A stretch of DNA of 64,000 bases, taken from the IMG/VR virus record IMGVR_UViG_3300021256_002629, positions 74,510 to 138,509 of that record; one strand, given 5' to 3'. The notes below the pieces were generated by a model, which worked only from the letters and a program-made list of their open reading frames with translations, ran no database searches and was not told the DNA's origin. Positions 18,249-27,861 of the stretch are shown piece by piece. The position numbers and the translations under genes are program-made. The stretch is from a virus. Lineage: Duplodnaviria; Caudoviricetes. Every line of letters begins with the position of its first letter. The stretch's first letter is position 1.

Positions 18249-18872
18249 ATGAAAAAGTATAAAACAGAAAAAGAAGGCAGTATGTTAAGAATTATTGCTT
18301 TAAAAGATTTTTCTGATGTTATGAAAGGAGATGTCGGAGGATTGATAGAAAAAGAAGAAAATCTCTCACAAGAAGGTAGGTGTTGGGTTTATGAGGGTGC
18401 TCGAGTCTCCGAAAATGCCCAGGTTTATGGGAGTGTTAAGATTAGTGGAAATGCTCAAGTTTATGGAGATGCCAGAGTTTGTGGGAAAGTTCAGATTCAT
18501 AATAATGCCCGTGTTTTTGGAAATGCTCAAGTTTATGGAGAGGCTAAGATTTGTGGAGATGCTGAAGTTTATGACAACGCTACAATTTATGATACTGCTA
18601 GTGTTGAAGAAAACGCTAAGGTCTATGGAAATGCCAAAGTTTATGGAGATGCTTTGATTAATGGGGAGGCTAAGATCTATGGAAATGCCAGGATTTACGG
18701 GAATGCTCTTGTCTCTGATAATGTTAGCGTTTACGGTAATGCCCAGGTCTATGAGGAGGCTGCGGTCTATGGTAATGTTAGCGTCTGTGACAATGCTAAA
18801 GTTTATGGGTATGCTGAATTTGCTTACGGTTGCGAAGCTATCATTTCCGGTAACGAAGAAATTGACCTGTAA
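18249..18872 (+). CDS. Hexapeptide-repeat (left-handed beta-helix) protein, copy 1
   Basis: RIIALKDF...GGLIEKEENLSQEG.CWV followed by (A-x-V-Y-G-N)n. Confidence 0.85.
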   Translation: MKKYKTEKEGSMLRIIALKDFSDVMKGDVGGLIEKEENLSQEGRCWVYEGARVSENAQVYGSVKISGNAQVYGDARVCGKVQIHNNARVFGNAQVYGEAKICGDAEVYDNATIYDTASVEENAKVYGNAKVYGDALINGEAKIYGNARIYGNALVSDNVSVYGNAQVYEEAAVYGNVSVCDNAKVYGYAEFAYGCEAIISGNEEIDL

Positions 18873-18919
18873 TGATTCAGGTTTACACAATTAATTAAAT
18901 ATAAAAACATAAAATAACA

Positions 18920-19495
18920 ATGGAAAAGAAGTATAAAACTGTAAAGGAAGGCAATATGTTGAGAATTATTGCTTTGAAACGTCTTGGCGAGTTTGACCAG
19001 GTTGTAGAAGGTGATAAAGGTGGATTGATAGAAAAAGAAGAAAACCTTTCTCAAGAGGGTGATTGCTGGGTTTTTGAAGATGCCCAGGTTTCAGGAAATG
19101 CTCAGGTTTATGAGGATGCTTTTGTTTTAGAAAGTGCCTGTGTTTCCGGAAATGCTAAGGTTTATGGAAATGCTTGTGTTTCTGAAAAAGCTCAAATTTC
19201 TGGTAATGCTCGGGTTTATGGAGAGGCTTTGATTTGTGATAATGCGATGGTTTATGAGAATGCTCGTGTTTTTGGAGATGCTTATATTTTTGGAAATGCT
19301 CAGGTTTATGGGAAGGCAAGGGTTTATGGAGATTCTAAGGTTTATGAAGATGCCAGAGTATATGACAATGCTAAGGTTTTTGGGAAGGCAGAAGTTTGTG
19401 GGCATACTGAGATTAAGGAAGACGTCAAGGTTTCTGGAAAGGCCTGTATTAGTGGAAAAACCGAGATTAAGGGATATAAAAATACAGAGGGTTAG
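18920..19495 (+). CDS. Hexapeptide-repeat (left-handed beta-helix) protein, copy 2
   Basis: Same N-terminal domain and 6-aa repeats. Confidence 0.85.
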   Translation: MEKKYKTVKEGNMLRIIALKRLGEFDQVVEGDKGGLIEKEENLSQEGDCWVFEDAQVSGNAQVYEDAFVLESACVSGNAKVYGNACVSEKAQISGNARVYGEALICDNAMVYENARVFGDAYIFGNAQVYGKARVYGDSKVYEDARVYDNAKVFGKAEVCGHTEIKEDVKVSGKACISGKTEIKGYKNTEG

Positions 19496-19547
19496 CCTGT
19501 AGTGATTCGAATTTACACAATTAAATAAACATAAAACTAAAACAACA

Positions 19548-20225
19548 ATGGAAAAGAAGTATAAAACAGAAAAAGAAGGCAATATGTTAAGAATTATTGC
19601 TTTAAAAGATTTTGACGATGTTAAAAAAGGTGACGAAGGCGGTTTAATAGAAAAAGAAGAAAATCTGTCACAAGAAGGAGATTGCTGGGTTTTTGGGGAT
19701 GCTAAAGTTTATGAAGATGCCAGGGTTTTAGGAAATGCTTCTATTGGAGGAGATGCCGAAGTTTACGGAAATGCTAGAATCTCTGGAAAGGCTTTGATTG
19801 ATGATTCTGCTAAAGTTTATGGAAAGGCTAGGATTTACGGAAATGCTGAAATTTGTATGAATGCTCAGATCTATGACAACGCTAAAGTTTATGGAAATGC
19901 TGAAATTTACGGAGGCGCTGAGATCTATGGAAATGCTAAGGTTTATGGAGAAGCTAAAGTTTGTGGAAATGCTCAGGTTTGTGATAATGCGAAGGTTTTT
20001 GGACAGGCTTTGGTTGATTGGGAGGCTAAGATTTATGGAGAGGCTAAGGTTTATGAAAATGCTTACGTCTCCGATAATGCTAGTGTTTATGATAATGCCT
20101 CGGTTTATGGAAGTGCTAAGATCTCCAAGAGGGCCAAGGTTTATGGAAATGCTAAGATTGATGGTAATACTGAGATTAGGGGATGGGCTAAGGTTTCCGG
20201 CAATACAGATGTTAAACAACAGTAG
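19548..20225 (+). CDS. Hexapeptide-repeat (left-handed beta-helix) protein, copy 3
   Basis: Same N-terminal domain and 6-aa repeats. Confidence 0.85.
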   Translation: MEKKYKTEKEGNMLRIIALKDFDDVKKGDEGGLIEKEENLSQEGDCWVFGDAKVYEDARVLGNASIGGDAEVYGNARISGKALIDDSAKVYGKARIYGNAEICMNAQIYDNAKVYGNAEIYGGAEIYGNAKVYGEAKVCGNAQVCDNAKVFGQALVDWEAKIYGEAKVYENAYVSDNASVYDNASVYGSAKISKRAKVYGNAKIDGNTEIRGWAKVSGNTDVKQQ

Positions 20226-20261
20226 TGATTCGAGTTTACATAATTAAATAAACATAAAAAA

Positions 20262-20471
20262 ATGAAACATACACGATGGATTGGAATATTTGATTATTGC
20301 TCTGGAAAGGCCTATGCAGTCAAAGTGGAAATTGATGATGATTCTTGGGAGTCTTGGGGTAGTGAGGAAATAGAAAATTTTCTTGTAGACCATGGAATCG
20401 GATTGTCCAATATTGAATGGATGGCTTTTGATCAAAAACCTGAATTTGAAATAATTAATCCGATAAAATAA
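20262..20471 (+). CDS. Hypothetical protein
   Basis: 69-aa ORF after A-rich leader. Confidence 0.6.
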   Translation: MKHTRWIGIFDYCSGKAYAVKVEIDDDSWESWGSEEIENFLVDHGIGLSNIEWMAFDQKPEFEIINPIK

Positions 20472-20489
20472 AAACAAAATATTAAAATT

Positions 20490-20906
20490 ATGACAGAAGT
20501 TGAAATTCTAAATTCGCAGCTATCATCGTGCAGATTATTCATTGTTATCTTAATTACAGCATTAGGAGTAATGGTAATATTAACTCTCAGTGATTGGAGC
20601 ATGAAGGATGGTATTAGAAAAAGTATTATCAAAAAAGGCTGGTTTTTTAGGAAACATAAATACAAGATAATTGAGAGTGAAGAGGACGGAAGATATCCTA
20701 GTAAGCGATATAATATATATCAGCAGTCTAAGATAGGTGTATGGTTCTTTTTAGATTATTATGGTACCAGAGAACAAGCCACTTCTTTTATCCGTAATAG
20801 GTATAATAAGTATAGTAGTGTCACCAAAAAACATACTGAATATATAGATCCGACAAAACTTATTGAATCAGATACAGAAGATGAAAAAGAAAATAGCATC
20901 ACTTGA
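20490..20906 (+). CDS. Hypothetical membrane-anchored protein
   Basis: N-terminal hydrophobic helix LFIVILITALGVMVILTL. Confidence 0.6.
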   Translation: MTEVEILNSQLSSCRLFIVILITALGVMVILTLSDWSMKDGIRKSIIKKGWFFRKHKYKIIESEEDGRYPSKRYNIYQQSKIGVWFFLDYYGTREQATSFIRNRYNKYSSVTKKHTEYIDPTKLIESDTEDEKENSIT

Positions 20907-21096
20907 AGATTTAAAAATTGAAGCTTGGTTGAGGGCAAGAGAGAAAGGTGAAATTGTCTGGAAAACCAAGAATGGGGAGGTTATTCCTATTAAAGACATG
21001 AATGATTCTCATCTTTTAAACACGATAAGAATGCTAGAAAAGCAAGAAGACGTGGATGAGATTTTATTAGATGCTTTAGATGCCAATAATTATTGA
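20881..21096 (+). CDS. Hypothetical protein
   Basis: WKTKNGEVIPIKDMNDSHLLNTIRML, a recurrent small phage protein pattern; start uncertain (20863 or 20881). Confidence 0.6.
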   Translation: MKKKIASLEDLKIEAWLRAREKGEIVWKTKNGEVIPIKDMNDSHLLNTIRMLEKQEDVDEILLDALDANNY

Positions 21097-21397
21097 CAAA
21101 AAATTAAAAAGAAGTATGGGAAAAGAGAAAAAAGTAAACAATATGACAATAGAAAAAAGAAGCGAAGCCTACGTAAAGTCTATAGGCAATTATCCTGAAG
21201 AAATCATCAATATGGTGAAGAAAGCTTATGTTCAGGGAGCAAAAGACCAGAGAAAGCTTGATATTGATGAAGGATGTGAGTGGATTTTAAATAACTTTGT
21301 GTGTAATGGTTATCAATTCCCACTATATTATCGTAGAGTTCTATACCAGCCGAAATATATTGCAGAAGATTTTCGTGAAGACATGGAAAAAGAATAA
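21080..21397 (+). CDS. Hypothetical protein
   Basis: ORF; KAYVQGAK pattern common in gut phage small proteins; start uncertain. Confidence 0.55.
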   Translation: MPIIIDKKLKRSMGKEKKVNNMTIEKRSEAYVKSIGNYPEEIINMVKKAYVQGAKDQRKLDIDEGCEWILNNFVCNGYQFPLYYRRVLYQPKYIAEDFREDMEKE

Positions 21398-21419
21398 AAA
21401 AGAATCAAATTAAGAGAAT

Positions 21420-21662
21420 TTGTCAAAAAGTACAATGAAAGCAAGACTCTTTAAGAAGTTTATAAAGAAGTTGCTGAAGAAAGGGGCAACTCTTTGGGCT
21501 GACTGTGAAGTTAAAGATAGAAAGGGCTACAGGTACTATGTAGACTTTATAAGATTTCCAACTCCAACCCTAAAAAAGAAACCGAAATGGTGGATTGAAG
21601 AAGAGAAAATAAAGAAAAAGTTAGAAGCTAAAAGAATTGATAATATTAAAACTAACGAATAA
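21420..21662 (+). CDS. Hypothetical basic protein
   Basis: ORF in packed run. Confidence 0.5.
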   Translation: MSKSTMKARLFKKFIKKLLKKGATLWADCEVKDRKGYRYYVDFIRFPTPTLKKKPKWWIEEEKIKKKLEAKRIDNIKTNE

Positions 21663-21682
21663 GAGTTTAAAATACAAGAAAA

Positions 21683-21979
21683 ATGAAACGATTTAAAGAT
21701 TTAAAAGAGGGCGATCCTGTTTATTTCTACAGTAATAAGGATGGATTTTTCGAAGCTACAATTATAAATATTCATGCAGATATGAGTAATCCTGAAATCA
21801 TGTATCTTGTAGAGACTAATTCTCCTTATCCAATTATAGTGTACGCAAATAACTACGCAGTAAATAATTGTATTTTTTCTGACAAAGAAGCGATAGACCT
21901 ATTTATAGCTGAGAGACAAAGATTCTTCAGCAAAATGAAAAATGACGCTTGTATATTTTTAAAAGAGAATAACAATTAA
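21683..21979 (+). CDS. Hypothetical protein, tandem paralog 1
   Basis: Near-duplicate of 21997-22287. Confidence 0.7.
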   Translation: MKRFKDLKEGDPVYFYSNKDGFFEATIINIHADMSNPEIMYLVETNSPYPIIVYANNYAVNNCIFSDKEAIDLFIAERQRFFSKMKNDACIFLKENNN

Positions 21980-21996
21980 TTAAAAACAAAAAAGAT

Positions 21997-22287
21997 ATGA
22001 AACGATTTAGAGATTTAAAAGAGGGTGATCTTGTTTATTTCTACAATAATAATGATAGATTTTTCAAAACTACAGTTGCTACAGTTGTACAAATATTTGC
22101 AGATACAACGGATCCTGAAATCATGTATCTTGTGAATTCCATTATTCCTTATCCAGTTACTGTATACGCAAGTGAATACGCAAAATACGCAAAAGATTAT
22201 TGTATTTTTTCTGATAAAGAAGCGGTAGACCTATTTATAGCTGAGAGACAACAATTCCTCAGAAAAATGACGCTTGTATATTTTTAA
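21997..22287 (+). CDS. Hypothetical protein, tandem paralog 2 (3' end frameshifted)
   Basis: Near-duplicate of 21683; small deletion before atgacgcttg changes the last residues. Confidence 0.65.
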   Translation: MKRFRDLKEGDLVYFYNNNDRFFKTTVATVVQIFADTTDPEIMYLVNSIIPYPVTVYASEYAKYAKDYCIFSDKEAVDLFIAERQQFLRKMTLVYF

Positions 22288-22320
22288 AAGAGAATAACAA
22301 TTAATTAAAAACAAAAAGAT

Positions 22321-22400
22321 ATGAAACGATTTAAAGATTTGAAAGAAGGGCGATTCTGTTTATCTCTACGATAATAACGAATTTTCAAACCTATTGTCGC
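22321..22400 (+). pseudogene. Third, frameshifted and truncated copy of 21683 family
   Basis: atgaaacgatttaaagatttgaaagaagggcgattctg has one extra base relative to the paralogs and stops at 22374. Confidence 0.7.
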
Positions 22401-22505
22401 AAATTATAATAAAAAAAAGAAGAAGGTAAATTATGCCTTTCTTCTTTTTTTGTTTCGCCTAAATGTTTTATATATGATAAAATTAATAATTAAAATACAA
22501 ATAAC

Positions 22506-22790
22506 ATGAAACAAGATTTAGAAGGAAAAGTAGTTACCAAAGACAAGCTTAAAATCACAGTTCAGCCTAAAACAAAGAAAGAACTGGAGGACATTATTAA
22601 GAAAACCATTGAAGAGAAAGGCGATAGTTGCGATTTGAATTTTATCGACACCTCTCTGATAACCGACATGAGTGAGTTGTTTCTGAGGTCTTCTTTTAAT
22701 GGGAATATCTCTAAGTGGGACACCTCTACCCAAAAAGCCAAGCAAAGAAGTAGTAGATGTTGTGGATCTTTCAAAAGAACAATAAAATAA
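22506..22790 (+). CDS. Truncated DUF285-like repeat protein (cap plus one repeat)
   Basis: QPKTKKELEDII...DLNFIDTSLITDMSELF..SSFNGNISKWDTS, then unrelated tail. Confidence 0.65.
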   Translation: MKQDLEGKVVTKDKLKITVQPKTKKELEDIIKKTIEEKGDSCDLNFIDTSLITDMSELFLRSSFNGNISKWDTSTQKAKQRSSRCCGSFKRTIK

Positions 22791-22795
22791 ATAAT

Positions 22796-23161
22796 ATGAG
22801 AACATATAAAATTTGTTTCAAGGAAGAATATGCCAAGAAAGGAGCTGTTGTCGAAACAGAGTGTGGTTATCCTGTAAAAATAGTTGATTACAATGCGACA
22901 TGTAAAAACTACCCAATTCTCGCTCTAATTAATAAAAATGGGAGAGAAATTCCAGTTCAGTATACAAAAGACGGATACACAGATATGCACATTGACAATG
23001 ACAAATTAAACTTAGTAATAATAGCGGAAGTTGTAAGGGAACACCTGGGAACTCATGACATTCTTGATTGGAATAGTGGAGATCATCGTCAAAAAGAATA
23101 TGGAATGGGGGCTACAGCTCTCCATTATGAGGCTGAAAACCTGGTCTTAGCGAGATATTAA
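22796..23161 (+). CDS. Modular family protein (A domain)
   Basis: AKKGAVVETECGYPVKIVDY...YPILAL shared with downstream paralogs. Confidence 0.7.
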   Translation: MRTYKICFKEEYAKKGAVVETECGYPVKIVDYNATCKNYPILALINKNGREIPVQYTKDGYTDMHIDNDKLNLVIIAEVVREHLGTHDILDWNSGDHRQKEYGMGATALHYEAENLVLARY

Positions 23162-23218
23162 TTGGTTTAGTTACAGAACTGACAGAAAGTAAAAAAATAT
23201 AAACTAAAAGAATTAAGT

Positions 23219-24814
23219 ATGAAAACAAAGTTAATTCCATTCGATATAGAGAAAGCAAAAGCTGGTGCTAAGATTGTTACCAGATGTGGCTATTCAGCGG
23301 AGGTTAAATTTCATAATGTGAAGGTATTTCCTCCAATTATTTGTTTAGTAGAAATGGAGGGTCCTTATGCTTATACACTGGATGGAAAGTATACTGAGTC
23401 CAATGAAGATAGTGATATGGACCTTTTTATTGAGGAAGAAGTTGAGAATGACTCTAATAATCAAGATGAAACTATTAGAAAAGCTCTTATAAGTTATTTC
23501 CAGTCATTCCCGTATAATAGTCTTGAAGATGCAGGCATAAATGCAAAGGATGCTATTGCTTGGCTCGAAAAGCAAGGCGAACAAGAAACTCTTTGTGCTA
23601 AATGCAAGAAATCACAACCTTCTCATTCTTGCCAGGACATAACAGCATTAGGAAGGTGTGCTGTTGAACATGAACAGAAGCCTGCTGATAATAAGCCCAG
23701 GTTCCAGGAAGGTGATTGGGTAATAGACGGACTAGGTATTGTTCATCAAATTATTCGTGTTGTAGAGAATCTTGGTAGCCACACCTACGGTTATGATACT
23801 GATGATGGTTTCTATATACATGATAGCGAATCAGGTGTAAGACTTTGGAACATCACTGATGCAAAGGATGGTGATGTTCTTATGAAAGGTGAAGTTATAT
23901 TTATTTTCAACAAAATGCTTGGAGAATGGATATATTGTCATAGTAGTATATCGTATAAAGATGGTAGTTCTATTAATCTTAACAATTGCGGTTTAATCAA
24001 CAATGAAGTATATCCTGCAACCAAAGAACAACGTGACTTCTTATTCCAAAAAATGAAAGAGGCAGGATATGAATGGGATCCTGTCAAGAAAGAGTTGAGG
24101 AAGATTGAGAGTGAAGAGAAGAAAGAGTTGAAGAAGGTTAAGCCAAAGTTCCAGAAAGGTAATTGGGTGATAGATAAACAAGGCACAGTACATCAAATTG
24201 CCAATGTTATCGAAAATGTCACCAACCATACTTATGGCTATGATGTTGTTGGTGGCGGCTATTTTAATGAGAATGTGGAAGGTATAAGATTTTGGACTAT
24301 TCAAGATGCAAGGAATGGTATTGTGCTTGCTTGTGACACATGTATTGTGTTATTTAAAGAAATTGATGGTCTTAATATTAAATGTCATTGTACATATCAT
24401 TTCATGGATACTCCAATGTTTTTTGTAGATACGTTACAGAATAAGACTGCTTTTTACCCTGCTACCAAAGAACAGCGTGACCTTCTCTTCCAAAAAATTA
24501 AAGAAGAAGGTTATCAGTGGGATTCCGAAAGAAAGGAGTTGAAGAAGATTAAGTATAAAGATGATATGGCTGAAAAGGAAGTAAAGCAGAAATCTTCTTT
24601 TAATGAATTTGGATTTCGAAGAATGACTAACCAGGAACTTTCTTGGTGGCTTCGTGATCATCCTGAAGAGTGTAGGGAATTTAAGTATGAGGGAGGAGGT
24701 GACTATGTTTATAGTTCTTACGACTATACAATCAACCAAGCAAATACTCAAGTTTGGGGAAAATTAATCCGTCGAAATGGAGGAGAATGGCAAGAACCGT
24801 TAGTAGAAATTTAA
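23219..24814 (+). CDS. Modular family protein (A + two B + C domains)
   Basis: PFDIEKAKAGAK; two KPxFxxGxWV...W(N/T)IxDAxxG...PATKEQRD units; RRMTNQELSWWL...NGGEWQEPL. Confidence 0.8.
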   Translation: MKTKLIPFDIEKAKAGAKIVTRCGYSAEVKFHNVKVFPPIICLVEMEGPYAYTLDGKYTESNEDSDMDLFIEEEVENDSNNQDETIRKALISYFQSFPYNSLEDAGINAKDAIAWLEKQGEQETLCAKCKKSQPSHSCQDITALGRCAVEHEQKPADNKPRFQEGDWVIDGLGIVHQIIRVVENLGSHTYGYDTDDGFYIHDSESGVRLWNITDAKDGDVLMKGEVIFIFNKMLGEWIYCHSSISYKDGSSINLNNCGLINNEVYPATKEQRDFLFQKMKEAGYEWDPVKKELRKIESEEKKELKKVKPKFQKGNWVIDKQGTVHQIANVIENVTNHTYGYDVVGGGYFNENVEGIRFWTIQDARNGIVLACDTCIVLFKEIDGLNIKCHCTYHFMDTPMFFVDTLQNKTAFYPATKEQRDLLFQKIKEEGYQWDSERKELKKIKYKDDMAEKEVKQKSSFNEFGFRRMTNQELSWWLRDHPEECREFKYEGGGDYVYSSYDYTINQANTQVWGKLIRRNGGEWQEPLVEI

Positions 24815-24829
24815 TTAAAAATAAACAAC

Positions 24830-25264
24830 ATGGCAAATAAAACAAAACATGTGCCTTTTGACATTGAAAAGGCAAAACAAGGAGCAAAGGTTGTTACTAA
24901 AGATGGAAACCCCGTTAGAATAGTATCTTACGACAGAAAATCACTATCAGGAGATTTCCCTATATGTGCTCTAATAGATGTTGGGGAATATGAAATGGAT
25001 TTATTCTTCAGAAAAGACGGTACAAGAGACGTTGAAACTTATAACCTCTATATTGAAGAAGAAATCAAAACGCAAAGAATGACCAATAAAGAATTAGCAA
25101 ATTGGATTTCGCCAATTCATGGAGTTTATAGGCAAGTACTAGACAATGGATGTGTTTATAGTGATTGGCCATTTATTGCTAAAGAAGAGAACGATGAAGT
25201 TAAACCAGGTGTAATGATTCGTGAAGAGTATGGAGAATGGCTAGAACCGTTAGTAGAAATTTAA
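24830..25264 (+). CDS. Modular family protein (A + C)
   Basis: PFDIEKAKQGAK and RMTNKELANW...GEWLEPLVEI. Confidence 0.75.
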   Translation: MANKTKHVPFDIEKAKQGAKVVTKDGNPVRIVSYDRKSLSGDFPICALIDVGEYEMDLFFRKDGTRDVETYNLYIEEEIKTQRMTNKELANWISPIHGVYRQVLDNGCVYSDWPFIAKEENDEVKPGVMIREEYGEWLEPLVEI

Positions 25265-25275
25265 TTAAAAACAGT

Positions 25276-25689
25276 ATGGCAAAAACAATAGCAATCCCTT
25301 TTGACATAGAAAGAGCCAAACAAGGAGCTAAGATTATTACCAGGAATGGACTTAATGTGAAAATTGTTGCGTATGACAAAAAGAATAAGTCTTATCCAAT
25401 TATTGCTCTCGTTGAAAGAACAGACGGGGTTGAGTTACTCATAGAGTATGCGGAAAACGGTTGTTATAATGAAAGTGGTTTAAGTAATAATTATGACCTC
25501 TTTATCGAAGAAGAGAATCCCTCTTCCCCTTCAATTATTCAAGCATGGTGGAGGGAGATGCGTTTTGAGGTTTATGCTCAGGCAAGTGGTAATATGCATA
25601 AACCTAATTGTTCTGATGAATGTACAAAGATGTTTTCACTTAGTGATATTGATGAATTAATTGAAAAACTAAGTGAACGGGGATATTAA
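25276..25689 (+). CDS. Modular family protein (A + unique tail)
   Basis: PFDIERAKQGAK; ATG 25276 preferred over 25237. Confidence 0.75.
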   Translation: MAKTIAIPFDIERAKQGAKIITRNGLNVKIVAYDKKNKSYPIIALVERTDGVELLIEYAENGCYNESGLSNNYDLFIEEENPSSPSIIQAWWREMRFEVYAQASGNMHKPNCSDECTKMFSLSDIDELIEKLSERGY

Positions 25690-25723
25690 CAAGATTAATC
25701 CTAAATTTAAATAGATAAACAAC

Positions 25724-26833
25724 ATGACAAAAACAAGATTAGTGCCTTTTGATATTGAGAAGGCTAAAAATGGTGCAAAGGTTGTTACCCGAAACGGACT
25801 GCCTGTGAAAATAGTGGATTATCCTATAAAAAACGAGGATTGCCCAATTTTAGGTCTTGTACTAATTGAAGGGGAAGAATTTCCCTTGATTTTCACAAAG
25901 ACTGGAAATCAGTATAATAATACAGAAAGCTGTTATGATCTCTTTATCGAAAAAGAAGTCGAGGAGGATGATTCGGATTACAACCCATATAAAGCAACAG
26001 TGGAATCTATTGCTGATATGGTTGAAAGATACTCTGAATTGCAATCCATCGAAGAATTGAAAGACTTCTATAACAACGTCAGAGTCAAATGCCAAGATGC
26101 TTTTGATTACGGGAAAGTTTGTATGATAAATCTAGATGAGGAGCCTGATGATAATAAACCAAAGTTCAAGGTAGGAGATTGGATAGTACAAGAAAATGCT
26201 GGAGTTTACAAGGTCACAGAAATATGTAAATCTTGGTATGAGGTAATAGATTCTCATGAATTACATTATTCAATCGGTTTCGACCAAGAGTCTATGTGCT
26301 ATCTTTGGACTATCCAGGATGCAAAACATGGAGATGTACTACATGCAGTCGGACAGCATAATGATTGTATTTTTATCTTCAATAAACTCAACAATGATGT
26401 GTCAGACAGAGATATAGTATTTGCAACAGGATATTGTTGTCTGGATATAACTGCAGATAAAATGGAGTTCTGCGTACAAGGTCCAGATAGCATAGAAGTC
26501 AGTGATGTTAATGTTAAGCCTGCTACTAAAATTCAGTGTGACCTTCTATTTCTAAAAATGAAAGAGACTGGATATGAATGGAACTTCGATAAGAAGGAGC
26601 TAAAGAAGATTGAAAAAGTCAAAACTCGTAGAATGACTCACCGAGAACTTGCTTGGTGGTTGCGTGACAAACCCGAGGAACATCGAGAACTTAAGATGTC
26701 AGTCGATGACCCAATTATTGACAGCCTTTATTACTATGACAATGAAACGAATGAAACAGTTAACAAAGACATTATCATTCGCAGAAATGGAGGAGAATGG
26801 ATAGAGCCTCTAATTGAAGAAATGGAGGACTAG
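25724..26833 (+). CDS. Modular family protein (A + B + C)
   Basis: PFDIEKAKNGAK; KPKFKVGDW...WTIQDAKHGDVL...PATKIQ; RRMTHRELAWWL. Confidence 0.8.
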   Translation: MTKTRLVPFDIEKAKNGAKVVTRNGLPVKIVDYPIKNEDCPILGLVLIEGEEFPLIFTKTGNQYNNTESCYDLFIEKEVEEDDSDYNPYKATVESIADMVERYSELQSIEELKDFYNNVRVKCQDAFDYGKVCMINLDEEPDDNKPKFKVGDWIVQENAGVYKVTEICKSWYEVIDSHELHYSIGFDQESMCYLWTIQDAKHGDVLHAVGQHNDCIFIFNKLNNDVSDRDIVFATGYCCLDITADKMEFCVQGPDSIEVSDVNVKPATKIQCDLLFLKMKETGYEWNFDKKELKKIEKVKTRRMTHRELAWWLRDKPEEHRELKMSVDDPIIDSLYYYDNETNETVNKDIIIRRNGGEWIEPLIEEMED

Positions 26834-26834
26834 T

Positions 26835-27194
26835 ATGATGGGACTTGTAATATTTTTTACCAGTCTATTAGTAGCAATCCTCATCTTAGTTATATACCTT
26901 TTTTATATAATTATAAAATGGGGAGAGAATCCGCCAATAAAAGTAATTATAAAAAAGACAGAATTAATCCCATTCGACATTAAAAAGGCAAAAGCTGGAG
27001 CGAATGTAGTTACTCGTGAAGGGAGACCTGTAAGTATAGAGACTTATGATGGCATGGATAATTACTATCCAATTCTTGGTTGGGTGACAGTTAATGACAT
27101 GAAACTTCTCTATTCTTTCTCGAAAGATGGAAAAGCTTCTATGGGTTTTGGTAAAGATTGTAAACTTGACCTTTTTATTAAAGAGCTAGTATGA
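26835..27194 (+). CDS. Modular family protein (TM + A)
   Basis: N-terminal hydrophobic helix then PFDIKKAKAGA. Confidence 0.7.
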   Translation: MMGLVIFFTSLLVAILILVIYLFYIIIKWGENPPIKVIIKKTELIPFDIKKAKAGANVVTREGRPVSIETYDGMDNYYPILGWVTVNDMKLLYSFSKDGKASMGFGKDCKLDLFIKELV

Positions 27195-27745
27195 TTGAAT
27201 TTCTTAAACTTCTTGGTATTTGTATTATACCTGCTATAGTATATTATTTACTTTGTTCTATTTTAGGATGTAGAAAAATTAAGAAAAAGACAAAATTGAT
27301 TCCATTTGATGTTAATAAAGCCAAAGCTGGAGCAAAAGTAGTTACTAAAAATGGATTTGACGTGAGAATTGTTGCGTATGACAGAGAGGACAAGTCTTAT
27401 CCAATTATCGCTCTTGTTAAGAAATCAGATGGTTTTGAAAAAGTCATGAAGTATACAGAGTGTGGGTATTGTAATTGGCCAACTTGTAATGGTGAGCTTG
27501 ATCTTTTTATTAAGGAAGAAATAAAGACTAGACGCATGACTAACCAGGAACTTTCTTGGTGGTTAAGGGATCATCTGGAAGAACACAGAGAGTACTATTT
27601 TGACGGCAAATATTATCGAGGCGTTGTTCGTTCACAGTTCGATTATAATAAAGGCTCAGAAGATAAAGAAGTTCGTGCTGGTTATTATATTCGTAAAAAT
27701 GGTGGAGAATGGCAAGAACCCGAATTGGAGTTAGACGACCGTTAA
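27191..27745 (+). CDS. Modular family protein (TM + A + C)
   Basis: Hydrophobic N-terminus, PFDVNKAKAGAK, RRMTNQELSWWL...NGGEWQEP. Confidence 0.75.
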   Translation: MIEFLKLLGICIIPAIVYYLLCSILGCRKIKKKTKLIPFDVNKAKAGAKVVTKNGFDVRIVAYDREDKSYPIIALVKKSDGFEKVMKYTECGYCNWPTCNGELDLFIKEEIKTRRMTNQELSWWLRDHLEEHREYYFDGKYYRGVVRSQFDYNKGSEDKEVRAGYYIRKNGGEWQEPELELDDR

Positions 27746-27861
27746 TTGAAATTAGAAAGGCGTAATAACTTTATTTAAAAAGAGTTTTATGTCTTTCTTT
27801 TTTTCAAAATTATCTTTAGTCTGACCTAATTCTCTTTTATATGAGAATAAAAACAATTTAT

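Larger units (their letters stand above)
18866..20261 (+). repeat. Three copies of a ~45-bp intergenic motif GTARTGATTCRRRTTTACAYAATTAA
   Basis: Copies at ~18866-18919, ~19496-19547 and ~20221-20261, one after each hexapeptide gene. Confidence 0.7.

Noticed and set aside
18366-20247. Overlapping antisense and frame-shifted ORFs over hexapeptide genes
   Set aside because: Shadow ORFs of the 18-bp repeat
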